From the NCBI GenBank assembly GCA_052386495.1, contig JBQTKA010000008.1, positions 9,918-73,917 of the forward strand: a stretch of 64,000 nucleotides of DNA, given 5' to 3'. Below, piece after piece: positions 34,533 to 43,664 of this stretch (position 1 is the first letter of the stretch; the number at the start of each line of letters is the position of its first letter). Under the pieces are notes generated by a model that had not been told where the DNA came from, made no database searches, and saw only the letters and a list, made by a program, of their open reading frames with translations. Source of the stretch: Hyphomicrobium sp. (GTDB taxonomy: Bacteria > Pseudomonadota > Alphaproteobacteria > Rhizobiales > Hyphomicrobiaceae). Position numbers and translations under genes: made by a program.

Positions 34533-34703
34533 CCCTGTTATTCTCGTAGCGACCTCTGATTTGACCGCAAAGCACCCTGATACGCCCGCAAAATTCCCTG
34601 TTATTTCCGCTGGCAATTCGCGCTGTAAGTCGCTGATATTACGCATACAATTGGCTTTTTTGGGCCAATTTCAAGCCCAGAAACCGCAAAAATACCCTGT
34701 TAT
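34533..34703 (+). repeat. Three direct copies of CCCTGTTAT in a non-coding region
   Basis: Copies at 34533-34541, 34596-34604 and 34695-34703. Copies 2 and 3 sit in longer units CGCAAAATTCCCTGTTAT / CGCAAAAATACCCTGTTAT. Confidence 0.45.
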
Positions 34704-34951
34704 CGAGACTCGTTCGCGCAAGACTGCCAGCACAGCCAGCTAACTCGTTGAAATCGATGCGTTTTTTAGTTTTCCGTGTGCGCCAGAATTTCTCGGACAT
34801 GTCCGCGGCTTAGCGCGCCCAACATCGCATCATAGCCGATGAGAGACGACGGTCGCGGCCGTTTCGCGAGGCTTCTGGGCATACGTCTCAAATGGCGGCT
34901 GCGGGGGCGGGCGGATCCGGAACTCTTCGCGAACTTTCGGGACCGATCGCG

Positions 34952-35721
34952 TCAGTTCATGCCCAGAAAGGCGCGTTGACTGCCCCAATCGAGCGGCAGA
35001 CTTTGTGACGTGCGCACAAGCCGCTTCACACTGAGTTCAGGCGGCTGACGTCCTGCGAGGATGTCGTTGACAATATCGGGCGCAAGATAGGACACGCGAA
35101 TGAGCGCCGTCATTCGTCCTTTGCTCTTCGTCGTTCTCGCCGTGATCTCGTTCAGCGTCTCACTCGTGTCCGCCAAGACTTTCTGCCGAGTGGCAAACGC
35201 TTCCTTCAGGAAGTCAACCAAGCTTGCATCACTCGTGTCCTGGTAAGACGTGCCGATGACAAGGCGCTTGCCTTGGCCAGCCCGGCGCAACGCGGCAGCA
35301 ATCGACAAAATGATTGTGGGCTCCGCCTCGTCACCAAGTTTGACGATCAAGCCAAGTGCATGAGCGAGCTGCTTTACTCCAATCGTGATCTCGATCTGAT
35401 CAACTGCAAGCGCCACACGGGCGACGACGCTGCGGGTCAAAGCGCGTAGCTCTTCTGGTGGCATGGTAAGCCACTGCTTGCCGAGCGAGTTGGCACGCGC
35501 CAGTGCAGCATCAAGCTCACGCGCTTCAAGGTCTAGCGATGCGAACGTGGCCGCAATTTCCTCGCGCGATGCCATCAGCCTCCGTAAGCGATCGAGGACG
35601 AGACCATCAACCTCACTTGCCGGCACGCGCATCTTGTTCGATCCAGACTTTGTGCGGTCGAGAATCGATGAGGAGATATAATAGCGGTACCTGCGTCCGC
35701 GCTTGTTGGCGTGGGTCGGCG
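34952..35721 (-). pseudogene. C-terminal fragment of a large serine recombinase, truncated by the IS3-family element
   Basis: TPTHANKRGRRYRYYISS... aligns with residues ...TPTHAVKKGRRYRYYVST... to the C-terminus (..LPLDWGSQRAFLG vs ..LPHDWPLQRGFLG) of the intact recombinase at 39358-41055. The resolvase catalytic domain is absent, and the fragment ends exactly at the IS inverted repeat. Confidence 0.75.
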
Positions 35722-35747
35722 TGACCCTCACCCCATCCGGTACTCAT

Positions 35748-36569
35748 TCATAAGTAGAGTCCGTTCTGGTTATGGTCCTCCTTGGACCGGCTTGCAAACT
35801 CGTTCGGCGTGAGCCCGTTGAGGCTCGTGTGTGGGCGAAGGCGATTGTAGTCGTCGCGCCATTCGGCGATCAGCTCTCGGGCGTGAGCCAGCGAGCGGAA
35901 CACCGTCTCGTTGAGGCACTCGTCCCTGAGCCGGCCATTGAACGACTCGACGAACGCGTTCTGGATCGGCTTGCCTGGCTGGATGTAATGCCAGGCGACG
36001 CCCGTCTCCTGTTGCCAGCGCAGCACGGCAAGCGACGTCAGCTCCGTGCCGTTGTCGCTAACGATCGTCTTCGGCATTCCGCGTATGGCGATGATCGCAT
36101 CTAGCTCGCGGGTGACGCGAACGCCCGATAGCGACGTATCCGCGATCAAAGCCAGACATTCCCGCGTGAAGTCGTCGACGATGGCCAGCACGCGGAAGCG
36201 GCGGCCATCTGCCAACGCGTCCGACACGAAGTCGAGGCTCCAGCGTTCGTTGATGGCCGCTGGCATCGCGATCGGCGCCCTGACCCCATACGCGCGCTTG
36301 CGACCGCCGCGTTTGCGAACCACCAGCTTTTCCTCGCGGTAGATGCGGTAGAGCTTCTTGTGATTCACGCTGAACCCCTCGCGCCTCAGCAACAGATGTA
36401 ACCGGCGATAGCCGAACCGGCGGCGATGAGCCGCCAAGGCCAACAAGCGCGTGCGAAGCACTCCGTCGTCTCCTCTCCGCGTTCGATGGCGGTAGACCTT
36501 CGGCGCAAGCCCGATCAGCCGGCACGCACGGCGCTGCGAATACTCCTTCGTTTCGATCGCCCAGCTCAC
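35748..36569 (-). CDS. IS3-family transposase OrfB (DDE/rve integrase core)
   Basis: WSLDFVSD...DNGTELTS...RPHTSLNG with D, D, E spacing typical of the rve domain. Probably expressed as an OrfAB fusion by -1 frameshift. Confidence 0.9.
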   Translation of the reverse strand: MSWAIETKEYSQRRACRLIGLAPKVYRHRTRRGDDGVLRTRLLALAAHRRRFGYRRLHLLLRREGFSVNHKKLYRIYREEKLVVRKRGGRKRAYGVRAPIAMPAAINERWSLDFVSDALADGRRFRVLAIVDDFTRECLALIADTSLSGVRVTRELDAIIAIRGMPKTIVSDNGTELTSLAVLRWQQETGVAWHYIQPGKPIQNAFVESFNGRLRDECLNETVFRSLAHARELIAEWRDDYNRLRPHTSLNGLTPNEFASRSKEDHNQNGLYL

Positions 36570-36592
36570 GGCCGTTCTCCTTGCTCTGGGCG

Positions 36593-36859
36593 TTAGAAGT
36601 TTTTTGTCAGCATCTCTTTCAAGGTCGCGTTGTCCATGACCTCTTCCGCCAGACGCTTCTTCAGACGGCGGTTCTCGTCCTCCAGCGCTTTCAAACGCTT
36701 GGCCTCAGATACCTGAAGCCCGCCGTACTTCGACTTCCAATTGTAGAAGGTCGCGTCGCTAATCCCGTGCTTGCGGCAGACTTCAGCCGTCGGCCGGCCA
36801 GCCTCCTGCTCCCGCAATATCGCGATGATCTGTTCGTCCGAAAACCGGCGCTTACGCAT
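36593..36859 (-). CDS. IS3-family transposase OrfA (HTH)
   Basis: [47 protein letters not shown] plus a leucine zipper. Slippery A AAA AAC lies at 36599-36605 just before the stop. Confidence 0.9.
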   Translation of the reverse strand: MRKRRFSDEQIIAILREQEAGRPTAEVCRKHGISDATFYNWKSKYGGLQVSEAKRLKALEDENRRLKKRLAEEVMDNATLKEMLTKNF

Positions 36860-36928
36860 GACGTCCGTCTCCTCGTAGGGTTTGACGGACTCTACTTCAA
36901 ATCGGGTACCCGCTAGGGGTGAGGGTCA

Positions 36929-37937
36929 GTTTGAGCGCGTCGTTGAAGCCTGCATCGACGCAGGTCTGGTAGGCGGAACTGGTTTCGCAGTCGATGCGAG
37001 CCTGATCGCGGCGGACGCCAACAAGTGCCGCTCGATGCCGGGCGAAGAATGGAGCCGTGACATCGATCCAGCGACCGTCGAGCGCGCCGTTCAGGACTAC
37101 CTCGCCAATCTCGACAACCCAGCCTGGGGCGCCGCCAGCGACGTCGTGCCGAAGTTCGTTGCGCCTGCAGATCCGGCCGCGCAGTGGACCGGCGCACTCA
37201 GGAACGCCGCGTTCTTCGCCTACGCCGACAACTATCTCATCGATGTGAAGTTTGGGATCATTATGGATGTCGAGGCGTCGCGGGCAATTCGGCAAGCAGA
37301 AGTCGGTGCTTCGCAGACGATGATCGAGCGCATCGAGGCGACGTTCGGCATCAAGCCGGAATGGCTTGCCGCCGACACCGCCTATGGCTCGGCACCCAAC
37401 CTGCACTTCCTGGTCGACGAGAAGCACATTGCGCCGCACATCCCGGTGATCGACAAATCCGGGCGCGACGACGGCACGTTCAGCCGCCACGACTTCACTT
37501 TCGACGCGGCACGCGATCGTTATGTGTGCCTCAACGGCAAGATCCTGCCACGCTCAAGCGGTTCACGCGGACCACGTGGTGACGACACCATCTCCTACTT
37601 TGCCCGCGTTGCCGACTGCCGCGATTGCCCGTTCAAGCCGCAGTGCTGCCCAAAGTCGCCTAGTCGGAAGATCACACGCCACGTGCATGAGGCAGCGCGC
37701 GATGTCGCCCGTGCCATCGCTAAGACCGCCGCCTATGAGCAGACGCGGCGCGATCGCAAGAAGGTCGAAATGTTGTTCGCGCACTTGAAGCGGATACTTC
37801 GGATGGGACGGCTGAGGCTTCGCGGACCGGCCGGCGCGCAGTTCGAGTTCACACTTGCCGCCATCGCCCAAAACCTGCGCCGTCTCGCCAAGCTGGCGGT
37901 TCACCCGCCGGACACTGCTGCCCCGCGTGTTGCGTAG
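36929..37937 (+). pseudogene. N-terminally truncated IS1182/IS5-family DDE transposase
   Basis: From the IS3 right end onward: FAVDASLIAADAN..., YADNYLIDVKFGIIMDVEA, LAADTAYGS, CxxCPFKPQCC, RKKVEMLFAHLKRILRMGRLRLRG. The N-terminal part is missing. The ORF-track start 36882 lies inside the IS3 inverted repeat. Confidence 0.7.
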
Positions 37938-38348
37938 CGTCTCGTTGCGTAAGTCGCGTCAAGCGTCGGTGCCGATGCGACGCCACCGCCAAAAGCGGGC
38001 AGGCGCTAGCAGCGAACGAGCCAAGATTTTTCAGAAAATCAGCCCCCGCTGACGCCGTCGATCCAGCAGACTTCTGCAACAACATCGGTCAAAATCGACA
38101 TCCCACGGTTGCGGATAATTTGTCCGCTCGTCAGCAGATAACGGGCATAGATTTTCTTAACTGAGGCTCGGAATTCTTGCATTTGCAGCCAAAACTGGCC
38201 TCGACTTCTTCCGCAAAGGACGCATTTGTGGTGTGACAGGCGCCGGTCAGCCGTGTCGCCGAAATTTAAGGGCTCGCCTCGCGGAACGCGGGGCTTTGGG
38301 TGGTGGGAGCGCCGAGGTGGCGCAACCCTAAAACCCCTGGAGCCCACC

Positions 38349-38711
38349 ATGACCACCATTGACTCGCGCACATCAACGCACGCCAAGAAATCCACACCGC
38401 CCGCGCCCGCCAAATCCGCCAAGTTCAAGTCGAGCGCCAAGTCTCGGCCGGTGTCAGCCGAAAATCGCACTGCTTCACGCGACGAACAGCATACCGAGCG
38501 CGTGACGAAGCATGATCGCGTCCTGGAGCTCTTGAGCCAGCGCAACGGCGCCAGCATTCCGGAAATGATGGAAGCAACCGGCTGGCAGCAACACAGCGTG
38601 CGTGGGTTCCTGGCCGGCACCGTCAAGAAGAAGCTCGGCTTCCCGCTCAGCTCGTCGAAGGCCGAGGGCGAGCTGCGGCGCTACCGCATCGACACCAAGC
38701 GCGGTCGCTGA
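38349..38711 (+). CDS. DUF3489-domain protein
   Basis: RVLELLSQRNGASIPEMMEATGWQQHSVRGFLAGTVKKKLGFPL is the conserved DUF3489 core. Start at ATG 38349. Confidence 0.8.
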   Translation: MTTIDSRTSTHAKKSTPPAPAKSAKFKSSAKSRPVSAENRTASRDEQHTERVTKHDRVLELLSQRNGASIPEMMEATGWQQHSVRGFLAGTVKKKLGFPLSSSKAEGELRRYRIDTKRGR

Positions 38712-38712
38712 C

Positions 38713-39171
38713 ATGACGCGAGCCTTGATCGATATCGCGGCCGAGTTGCTGCGGCTCGAAGCCTTGACCAACTTCGAGCTACGGGGGGAGTGGCGGCGGC
38801 TGCATCACCTGCAGCCGCCGAAGAGTCTGTCCCGCGATCTCCTGCTCCGCGGCATCACCTACAAGATCCAGGAGAGGGCGTTCAGCGGCCTCTCCAAGTC
38901 GATTCTGCGAAAGCTGACCGGCACGAAGCCGGAAGCATTATCGCCCGACAACCGTAGAGCTGCGCCACGCACCGTGATCAAACCGGGGACGCGGCTCGTT
39001 CGCGAATGGAATGGAGACACGCACACTGTCGTTGTCCACGCAGACGACGTCGAGTGGCGCGGCACGCGCTACCGGTCGCTCTCGGTCGTCGCACGGGAAA
39101 TCACTGGCGCTCACTGGTCCGGCCCGCGGTTCTTCGGCCTGACTTCGAAGAAGGGGAAGAACGATGGCTGA
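38713..39171 (+). CDS. DUF2924-domain protein
   Basis: ELRGEWRRLHHLQPPKSLSRDLLLRGITYKIQERAFSGL and WNGDTHTVVVHADDVEWRGTRYRSLSVVAREITGAHWSGPRFFGL. ATG 38713 is 1 nt after the preceding stop. Confidence 0.8.
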   Translation: MTRALIDIAAELLRLEALTNFELRGEWRRLHHLQPPKSLSRDLLLRGITYKIQERAFSGLSKSILRKLTGTKPEALSPDNRRAAPRTVIKPGTRLVREWNGDTHTVVVHADDVEWRGTRYRSLSVVAREITGAHWSGPRFFGLTSKKGKNDG

Positions 39172-39361
39172 GGTCGATCTCGATTCCATCCGACGAGCGT
39201 TTGCTGATCTGACCGGCCTGTTCGAGGATGCGGCGCACATCGCGTCGGAGGCGCAAGGCGCCGAGACCATCGAAGGTGGGCGCTGTCAATTCCGGCGCAT
39301 CTCGAAAGCGATGGACCGCATCCGGAGGCGTCTCATCAACCTGGAAGGGCGCCTCAGATGA
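39164..39361 (+). CDS. Small hypothetical protein (65 aa)
   Basis: Overlaps the preceding stop and the following start (ATGA at 39358-39361), so its position suggests translational coupling. No motif recognised. Confidence 0.4.
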   Translation: MAEVDLDSIRRAFADLTGLFEDAAHIASEAQGAETIEGGRCQFRRISKAMDRIRRRLINLEGRLR

Positions 39362-41055
39362 GACGATTGAACTGCGCCATCTACACGCGCAAGTCTTCTG
39401 ACGAAGGGCTCGAGAAGGAGTTCAACTCACTCGACGCGCAGCGGGAGGCTTGCGCTGCCTACATCCTTAGCCAGAAACATGCCGGCTGGGTGGCACTTCC
39501 GGATCTCTACGACGATGGTGGGCTGTCGGGCGGAACCATGGAGCGTCCTGCGCTTCGACGGCTGCTCGGCGACATCACGTCCGGCAAGGTTCAGATCGTG
39601 GTCGTCTACAAGGTTGACCGGTTGACGCGGTCGCTCGCTGATTTTGCGAAGATCGTCGACGTTCTGGATTCTCATGGCGCCTCGTTCGTCTCGGTGACGC
39701 AGTCGTTCAACACGACAACGTCCATGGGCCGCCTCACGCTCAACATGCTACTCTCGTTCGCCCAGTTCGAGCGCGAGATCGCGAGCGAGCGCATTCGCGA
39801 CAAGATCGCCGCCTCGAAGGCCAAGGGCATGTGGATGGGCGGCAACGTTCCGCTCGGATACGACGTCAAAGAGCGCAAGCTGATCGTCAATGACTCCGAA
39901 GCCGAGACGGTGCGTATGATCTTCCGGCGCTACTCGGAACTCGGCTCGGTCCGGATTCTCGCGGAGGAACTTGCCAGTCTTGGTATTGTAAGTAAGCGTC
40001 GGCAAGGCGCTGGCGGCGTCCTGGCGGGCGGTAACCGTTTTTCTCGCGGGGCGCTCTACACTTTGCTGCAAAATCCGATCTACCGCGGCGAGATTGGACA
40101 TCAGGGGAAGGTCTACCCCGGTCAACACGAAGCGATCGTTGAAGCCGAGCACTGGAAACTTGTCCAACAGAAGCTGGCCGGCAATCGACAGGCCCGAGCG
40201 ATTGGCGCGACCGCGGACGAGCCGAGCTTGCTTGCCGGATTGATCGTGGACGGCGACGGCCAACGCATGACGCCGACCCATGCGGTCAAGAAGGGCCGGC
40301 GTTACCGGTACTATGTGTCGACGGCTTTGATAACGGGCGCTCGCTCTCATCATGAGAAGGGTTTGCGCTTACCGGCAGGCGACGTCGAGTCGCTTGTCCT
40401 CGAACGGATAAGGGCGTTTTTTGCATCGGAACAGGATGTCGGAGAGGCGTTGTCGCAATTCAATCTCGATGCCGCCACGCTTCGCTCATCACTCAAGAAG
40501 GCCGACGAACTCACGCACGGCTGGGCGGGATTGCCGTCGATCAAGATCCGCGAGCTCGTACGGTCCATCGTCGAGCGCGTGTGCGTACGTATTGATGACG
40601 TCGTCGTCAGTCTCAATAGAAAAGGGATTGCAAAGTTCCTCGTGGGTGACGCATCTCGAGAGCTGTCGGGTGAACATCTCGACACAATTGAACTCGATGC
40701 CGAAGCCAGACTGCGCCGCGCAGGCAAAGGCATTCGACTGATTGTCGGAGGCGGCCGTGCTGCCAAGCCTGATGGCCAGATGATTGCTCTGCTCCGAAAT
40801 GCGCATGCGACCCGCGATGCCTTGATGTCGGGACGCGATGCAACCATCGACGCGCTCGCGCAGCGGCTTGGCGTCAAGCGCGACTATCTTTCGGCGCACA
40901 TGCGCCTCTCGTATCTGGCACCGGCCATCGTTAGAGACCTCTTTGAAGGGAGCCAGCCTGAGGACCTCACCCCGGCACGCCTCGTCTCACTCTGCAAAGA
41001 TCTGCCGCACGACTGGCCGCTGCAGCGGGGCTTCCTCGGATTTGAGACGCGATAG
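39358..41055 (+). CDS. Large serine recombinase (resolvase/invertase N-terminal domain + recombinase + zinc-ribbon-type C-terminal region)
   Basis: CAIYTRKSSDEGLEKEFNSLDAQREA (catalytic Ser), VYKVDRLTRS, FAQFEREIASERIRDK, then the large C-terminal extension. Confidence 0.9.
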   Translation: MRRLNCAIYTRKSSDEGLEKEFNSLDAQREACAAYILSQKHAGWVALPDLYDDGGLSGGTMERPALRRLLGDITSGKVQIVVVYKVDRLTRSLADFAKIVDVLDSHGASFVSVTQSFNTTTSMGRLTLNMLLSFAQFEREIASERIRDKIAASKAKGMWMGGNVPLGYDVKERKLIVNDSEAETVRMIFRRYSELGSVRILAEELASLGIVSKRRQGAGGVLAGGNRFSRGALYTLLQNPIYRGEIGHQGKVYPGQHEAIVEAEHWKLVQQKLAGNRQARAIGATADEPSLLAGLIVDGDGQRMTPTHAVKKGRRYRYYVSTALITGARSHHEKGLRLPAGDVESLVLERIRAFFASEQDVGEALSQFNLDAATLRSSLKKADELTHGWAGLPSIKIRELVRSIVERVCVRIDDVVVSLNRKGIAKFLVGDASRELSGEHLDTIELDAEARLRRAGKGIRLIVGGGRAAKPDGQMIALLRNAHATRDALMSGRDATIDALAQRLGVKRDYLSAHMRLSYLAPAIVRDLFEGSQPEDLTPARLVSLCKDLPHDWPLQRGFLGFETR

Positions 41056-41261
41056 CGCGTCAATACTGCCCGAAAACGATGCGAGTCTGACCGGCCGAAA
41101 AAGTCCGACAGAGATAAAACGGCCTAAGCGCTGAGGAATGTCCGCAGAGACGCCGGTGCCAGTTCAGAAGCCAAAAAACCTCTCGCCAAGGCCCGGAAAA
41201 GACGCTAGATTTCCGCCTACGAAAATGGCATAATATGCAGCAATAACAATGTGTTATGAGG

Positions 41262-41335
41262 TGGCTGGGGGACTAGGATTCGAACCTAGACAGGCAGAGT
41301 CAGAGTCTGCAGTCCTACCATTAGACGATCCCCCA
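41262..41335 (-). tRNA. tRNA-Gln (anticodon CUG), 74 nt including encoded CCA
   Basis: Reverse complement folds as a cloverleaf: acceptor TGGGGGA/TCCCCCA, anticodon stem GCAGA/TCTGC with loop CTCTGAC, T-arm CTAGG-TTCGAAT-CCTAG, 3' GCCA. Confidence 0.9.
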
Positions 41336-41460
41336 AAGCCGCGGCCGTCGGCCGGTCTTTGGAGCGGGCGCACCCGCTTCTCGGCGCGTGATATCAGGTG
41401 CGCCCCGCATCGGCAAGCAATGCCGCGCGCGACGCCGAAGACGGCCTTGTATCGCGGCCG

Positions 41461-42321
41461 TTACTGCGCCGTGGCCGCCTTACGCTGCGAAATCAGCTCC
41501 GGCCGATACTCGAAATGCATGGTGTCGTAATGCCGCCAGCGTCCGCCCCAGATAAAGCCGTGCTTCTCGAAGATCGCGACGATCTCGCTTGAAATTGCGT
41601 TGCGGAAGGCGGGCGTTTCGCGCCCTCCGCGCGCGTCCCATCGCCAATAGTTGGCGCGCGTCACGGCGATATCGACGGCGATGCCGTATCCGTGCGCCGA
41701 CGGCGTAGCCGTCCCAGCGATCGATCGGCAAACGTAGGCGCCCGCCGATGGCTTGAGCTCGATGAGGAGCGGCGGCGGCAATTGCGCAAGTTCGGCGGTC
41801 ACCGCCTTGAACTTCTCGGCGACGCCGTTGCGCGACGTCACCTTGATGGTCTGCGTCGACCGTCCAGGCAGCCACGCGATCTCGACAAGATGCCTGTCCG
41901 TCTCGCCCTTGCGGCAATCGCCGTAGATTTTTTGGAAGAAGGCCGCATTGCGCGCCCGCCCGGGGTCGGCAACCGGCGGCTTGGCAACCGCGCCGGCGGG
42001 ATAGGCAAAGCGGAACATATCTTCGATGTCTGGCGTCGCAAGCCAAGCGTCGAGCGGCTTGTCGCCGAGGCCGTCGTCGATCGGAAGGCGCGTTCCGTCG
42101 CGAAAGACAAGGTCGTCGCCGTCGCCGCCTGCGACATCGTCAGGATAGGCGGCCGCGAGGCGCGCTGCGATTTCGGGCTTCGTCAGCGATTGCGTCTGCG
42201 CGACGGATGGTGCGATTGCGACGACCAGGAGCGCCCCGAAGGCCGTCGCAACTGCGGCCAACGCTCGTGTGCGGCGGCCCGGATTCCGTCGTAATTGCCG
42301 GCCGTTTACGGAAAAGCGCAT
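41461..42321 (-). CDS. Secreted M15-family (VanY/D-Ala-D-Ala carboxypeptidase-like) peptidase
   Basis: Signal peptide. SAHGYGIAVDI and GFIWGGRWRHYDTMHFEY Zn-ligand motifs. Confidence 0.75.
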   Translation of the reverse strand: MRFSVNGRQLRRNPGRRTRALAAVATAFGALLVVAIAPSVAQTQSLTKPEIAARLAAAYPDDVAGGDGDDLVFRDGTRLPIDDGLGDKPLDAWLATPDIEDMFRFAYPAGAVAKPPVADPGRARNAAFFQKIYGDCRKGETDRHLVEIAWLPGRSTQTIKVTSRNGVAEKFKAVTAELAQLPPPLLIELKPSAGAYVCRSIAGTATPSAHGYGIAVDIAVTRANYWRWDARGGRETPAFRNAISSEIVAIFEKHGFIWGGRWRHYDTMHFEYRPELISQRKAATAQ

Positions 42322-42410
42322 AACCTTATTGTCCGCGTACAGAGCGCCGCCGCTTTACGCCCGCGCCCGACCTGTTAAACTCAGGCGCAAGATAGGTCCA
42401 GATCAACGGC

Positions 42411-43664
42411 TTGATGAGGACGGCTGCGCAGCGTTATGCGCAGGTGGTCGTGCCAAGCCCTGGAGACTTTGGCTTGAAGCCCGACCCCAAAGGCCCAAAC
42501 GCGCCTCACGGCGCACCTGGGCAACCGAATTCGGATCTTGGACGCCCGCCCGCGCAAGGCTCTGGCGCTCGATCCGGGCATCAGGGGGCATTCTCCGGAC
42601 AGGACGCGGCGACGGGGCCGATCTACGGCGCGCTCGACCTCGGCACTAACAATTGCCGTCTTCTCCTCGCGCGTCCATCGCGACGCGGCTTTCGCGTGAT
42701 TGACGCGTTTTCACGCATCATCCGGCTCGGCGAAGGCGTGAGCCAGAGCGGGCGGCTGTCCGACCACGCGATGCAGCGCACCTTCGATGCGCTGAAAGTC
42801 TGCGCCGGCAAGATCGAGCGCCACCATGTCGCGCGGCTGCGCATGGTCGCGACGCAGGCCTGCCGGGTCGCCGCCAACGGTCCCGACTTTATCGAGCAGG
42901 TCAAGGAGCGTTTCGCGCTCGATATCGAAGTTCTGACGCCGGAGACGGAGGCGCGGCTTGCCGTCGCCGGCTGTTCCTCCCTGATCGATCCGGCCGCCGA
43001 CTACGTGCTCGTCTTCGATATCGGCGGCGGATCGTCCGAAATCATCTGGCTCGATCTGACCCGACTTGGCGCGCGTCGCATGGGGCACGGACGCGTCGAC
43101 GTCAACGAAGCGGTGGTTGCCTGGACGTCGTTGCCGGTCGGCGTTGTGACGCTGGCCGAACGGTTTGACGGGCGCACGGTCACCCCCGAAAGCTTCGCCG
43201 CAATGTCGGACGTCGTCGCCGAGATGCTGGCGCCGTTCGAAGCCGAGCATCGCTTCGGCGACAGGCTCTCCGGCCGCAAGGCGCATCTGCTCGGCACCTC
43301 GGGAACGGTGACGACGATTGCCGGCATCATGCTCGATCTGCCGCGCTACGACCGCAACAGGGTCGACGGCATCTGGATGCAAACGCGCGACGTTTGCGCC
43401 ATCTCAGAAAAACTGCTCGGCAAGTCCTATGAAGAACGCATCGCCGAACCCTGCATCGGGCGCGAACGCGCCGATCTCGTTCTCGCGGGGTGCGCCATTC
43501 TCGACGCCATTCTCAAGCTCTGGCCGGCGGAACGGCTTCGTGTGGCGGACCGCGGCCTGCGTGAAGGAATCTTGACCACTTTGATGATTGAAGACGGGGT
43601 TTGGCGATCAGGGCGCCGCCGTCGCGGCGGCGCCCGGCGCGACGAACGAGGGCGCGGCCCATGA
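42411..43664 (+). CDS. Ppx/GppA-family phosphatase (exopolyphosphatase/pppGpp phosphohydrolase)
   Basis: YGALDLGTNNCRLLLA, FDIGGGSSE, GTSGTVTT actin-like ATPase motifs. Start uncertain. The stop overlaps the rlmE start (ATGA). Confidence 0.85.
   Translation: MMRTAAQRYAQVVVPSPGDFGLKPDPKGPNAPHGAPGQPNSDLGRPPAQGSGARSGHQGAFSGQDAATGPIYGALDLGTNNCRLLLARPSRRGFRVIDAFSRIIRLGEGVSQSGRLSDHAMQRTFDALKVCAGKIERHHVARLRMVATQACRVAANGPDFIEQVKERFALDIEVLTPETEARLAVAGCSSLIDPAADYVLVFDIGGGSSEIIWLDLTRLGARRMGHGRVDVNEAVVAWTSLPVGVVTLAERFDGRTVTPESFAAMSDVVAEMLAPFEAEHRFGDRLSGRKAHLLGTSGTVTTIAGIMLDLPRYDRNRVDGIWMQTRDVCAISEKLLGKSYEERIAEPCIGRERADLVLAGCAILDAILKLWPAERLRVADRGLREGILTTLMIEDGVWRSGRRRRGGARRDERGRGP

Larger units (their letters stand above)
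35722..36928 (-). mobile_element. IS3-family insertion sequence (IS407-group-like), 1207 bp, apparently intact
   Basis: Terminal inverted repeats TGACCCTCACCCC (35722-35734) and GGGGTGAGGGTCA (36916-36928), extending imperfectly to about 45 bp. orfA and orfB with an A AAA AAC slippery site. Flanks GGCG and GTTT, so no target-site duplication. Confidence 0.85.

Noticed and set aside
38039-38626. 195-aa minus-strand ORF overlapping the DUF3489 gene and IS1182 remnant tail
   Set aside because: It has no motifs. The + strand carries the well-conserved DUF3489 core in this interval.
9720-41261. Direct repeat of the tRNA-Gln 3' end (att scar) that would delimit the island on the left
   Set aside because: I scanned the intergenic regions by eye (9.7-9.9, 18.7-19.2, 30.2-30.5 and 34.2-34.95 kb) and saw no copy of GGATTCGAACCTAG or CTGGGGGA. 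This is not exhaustive and needs a computed self-alignment.
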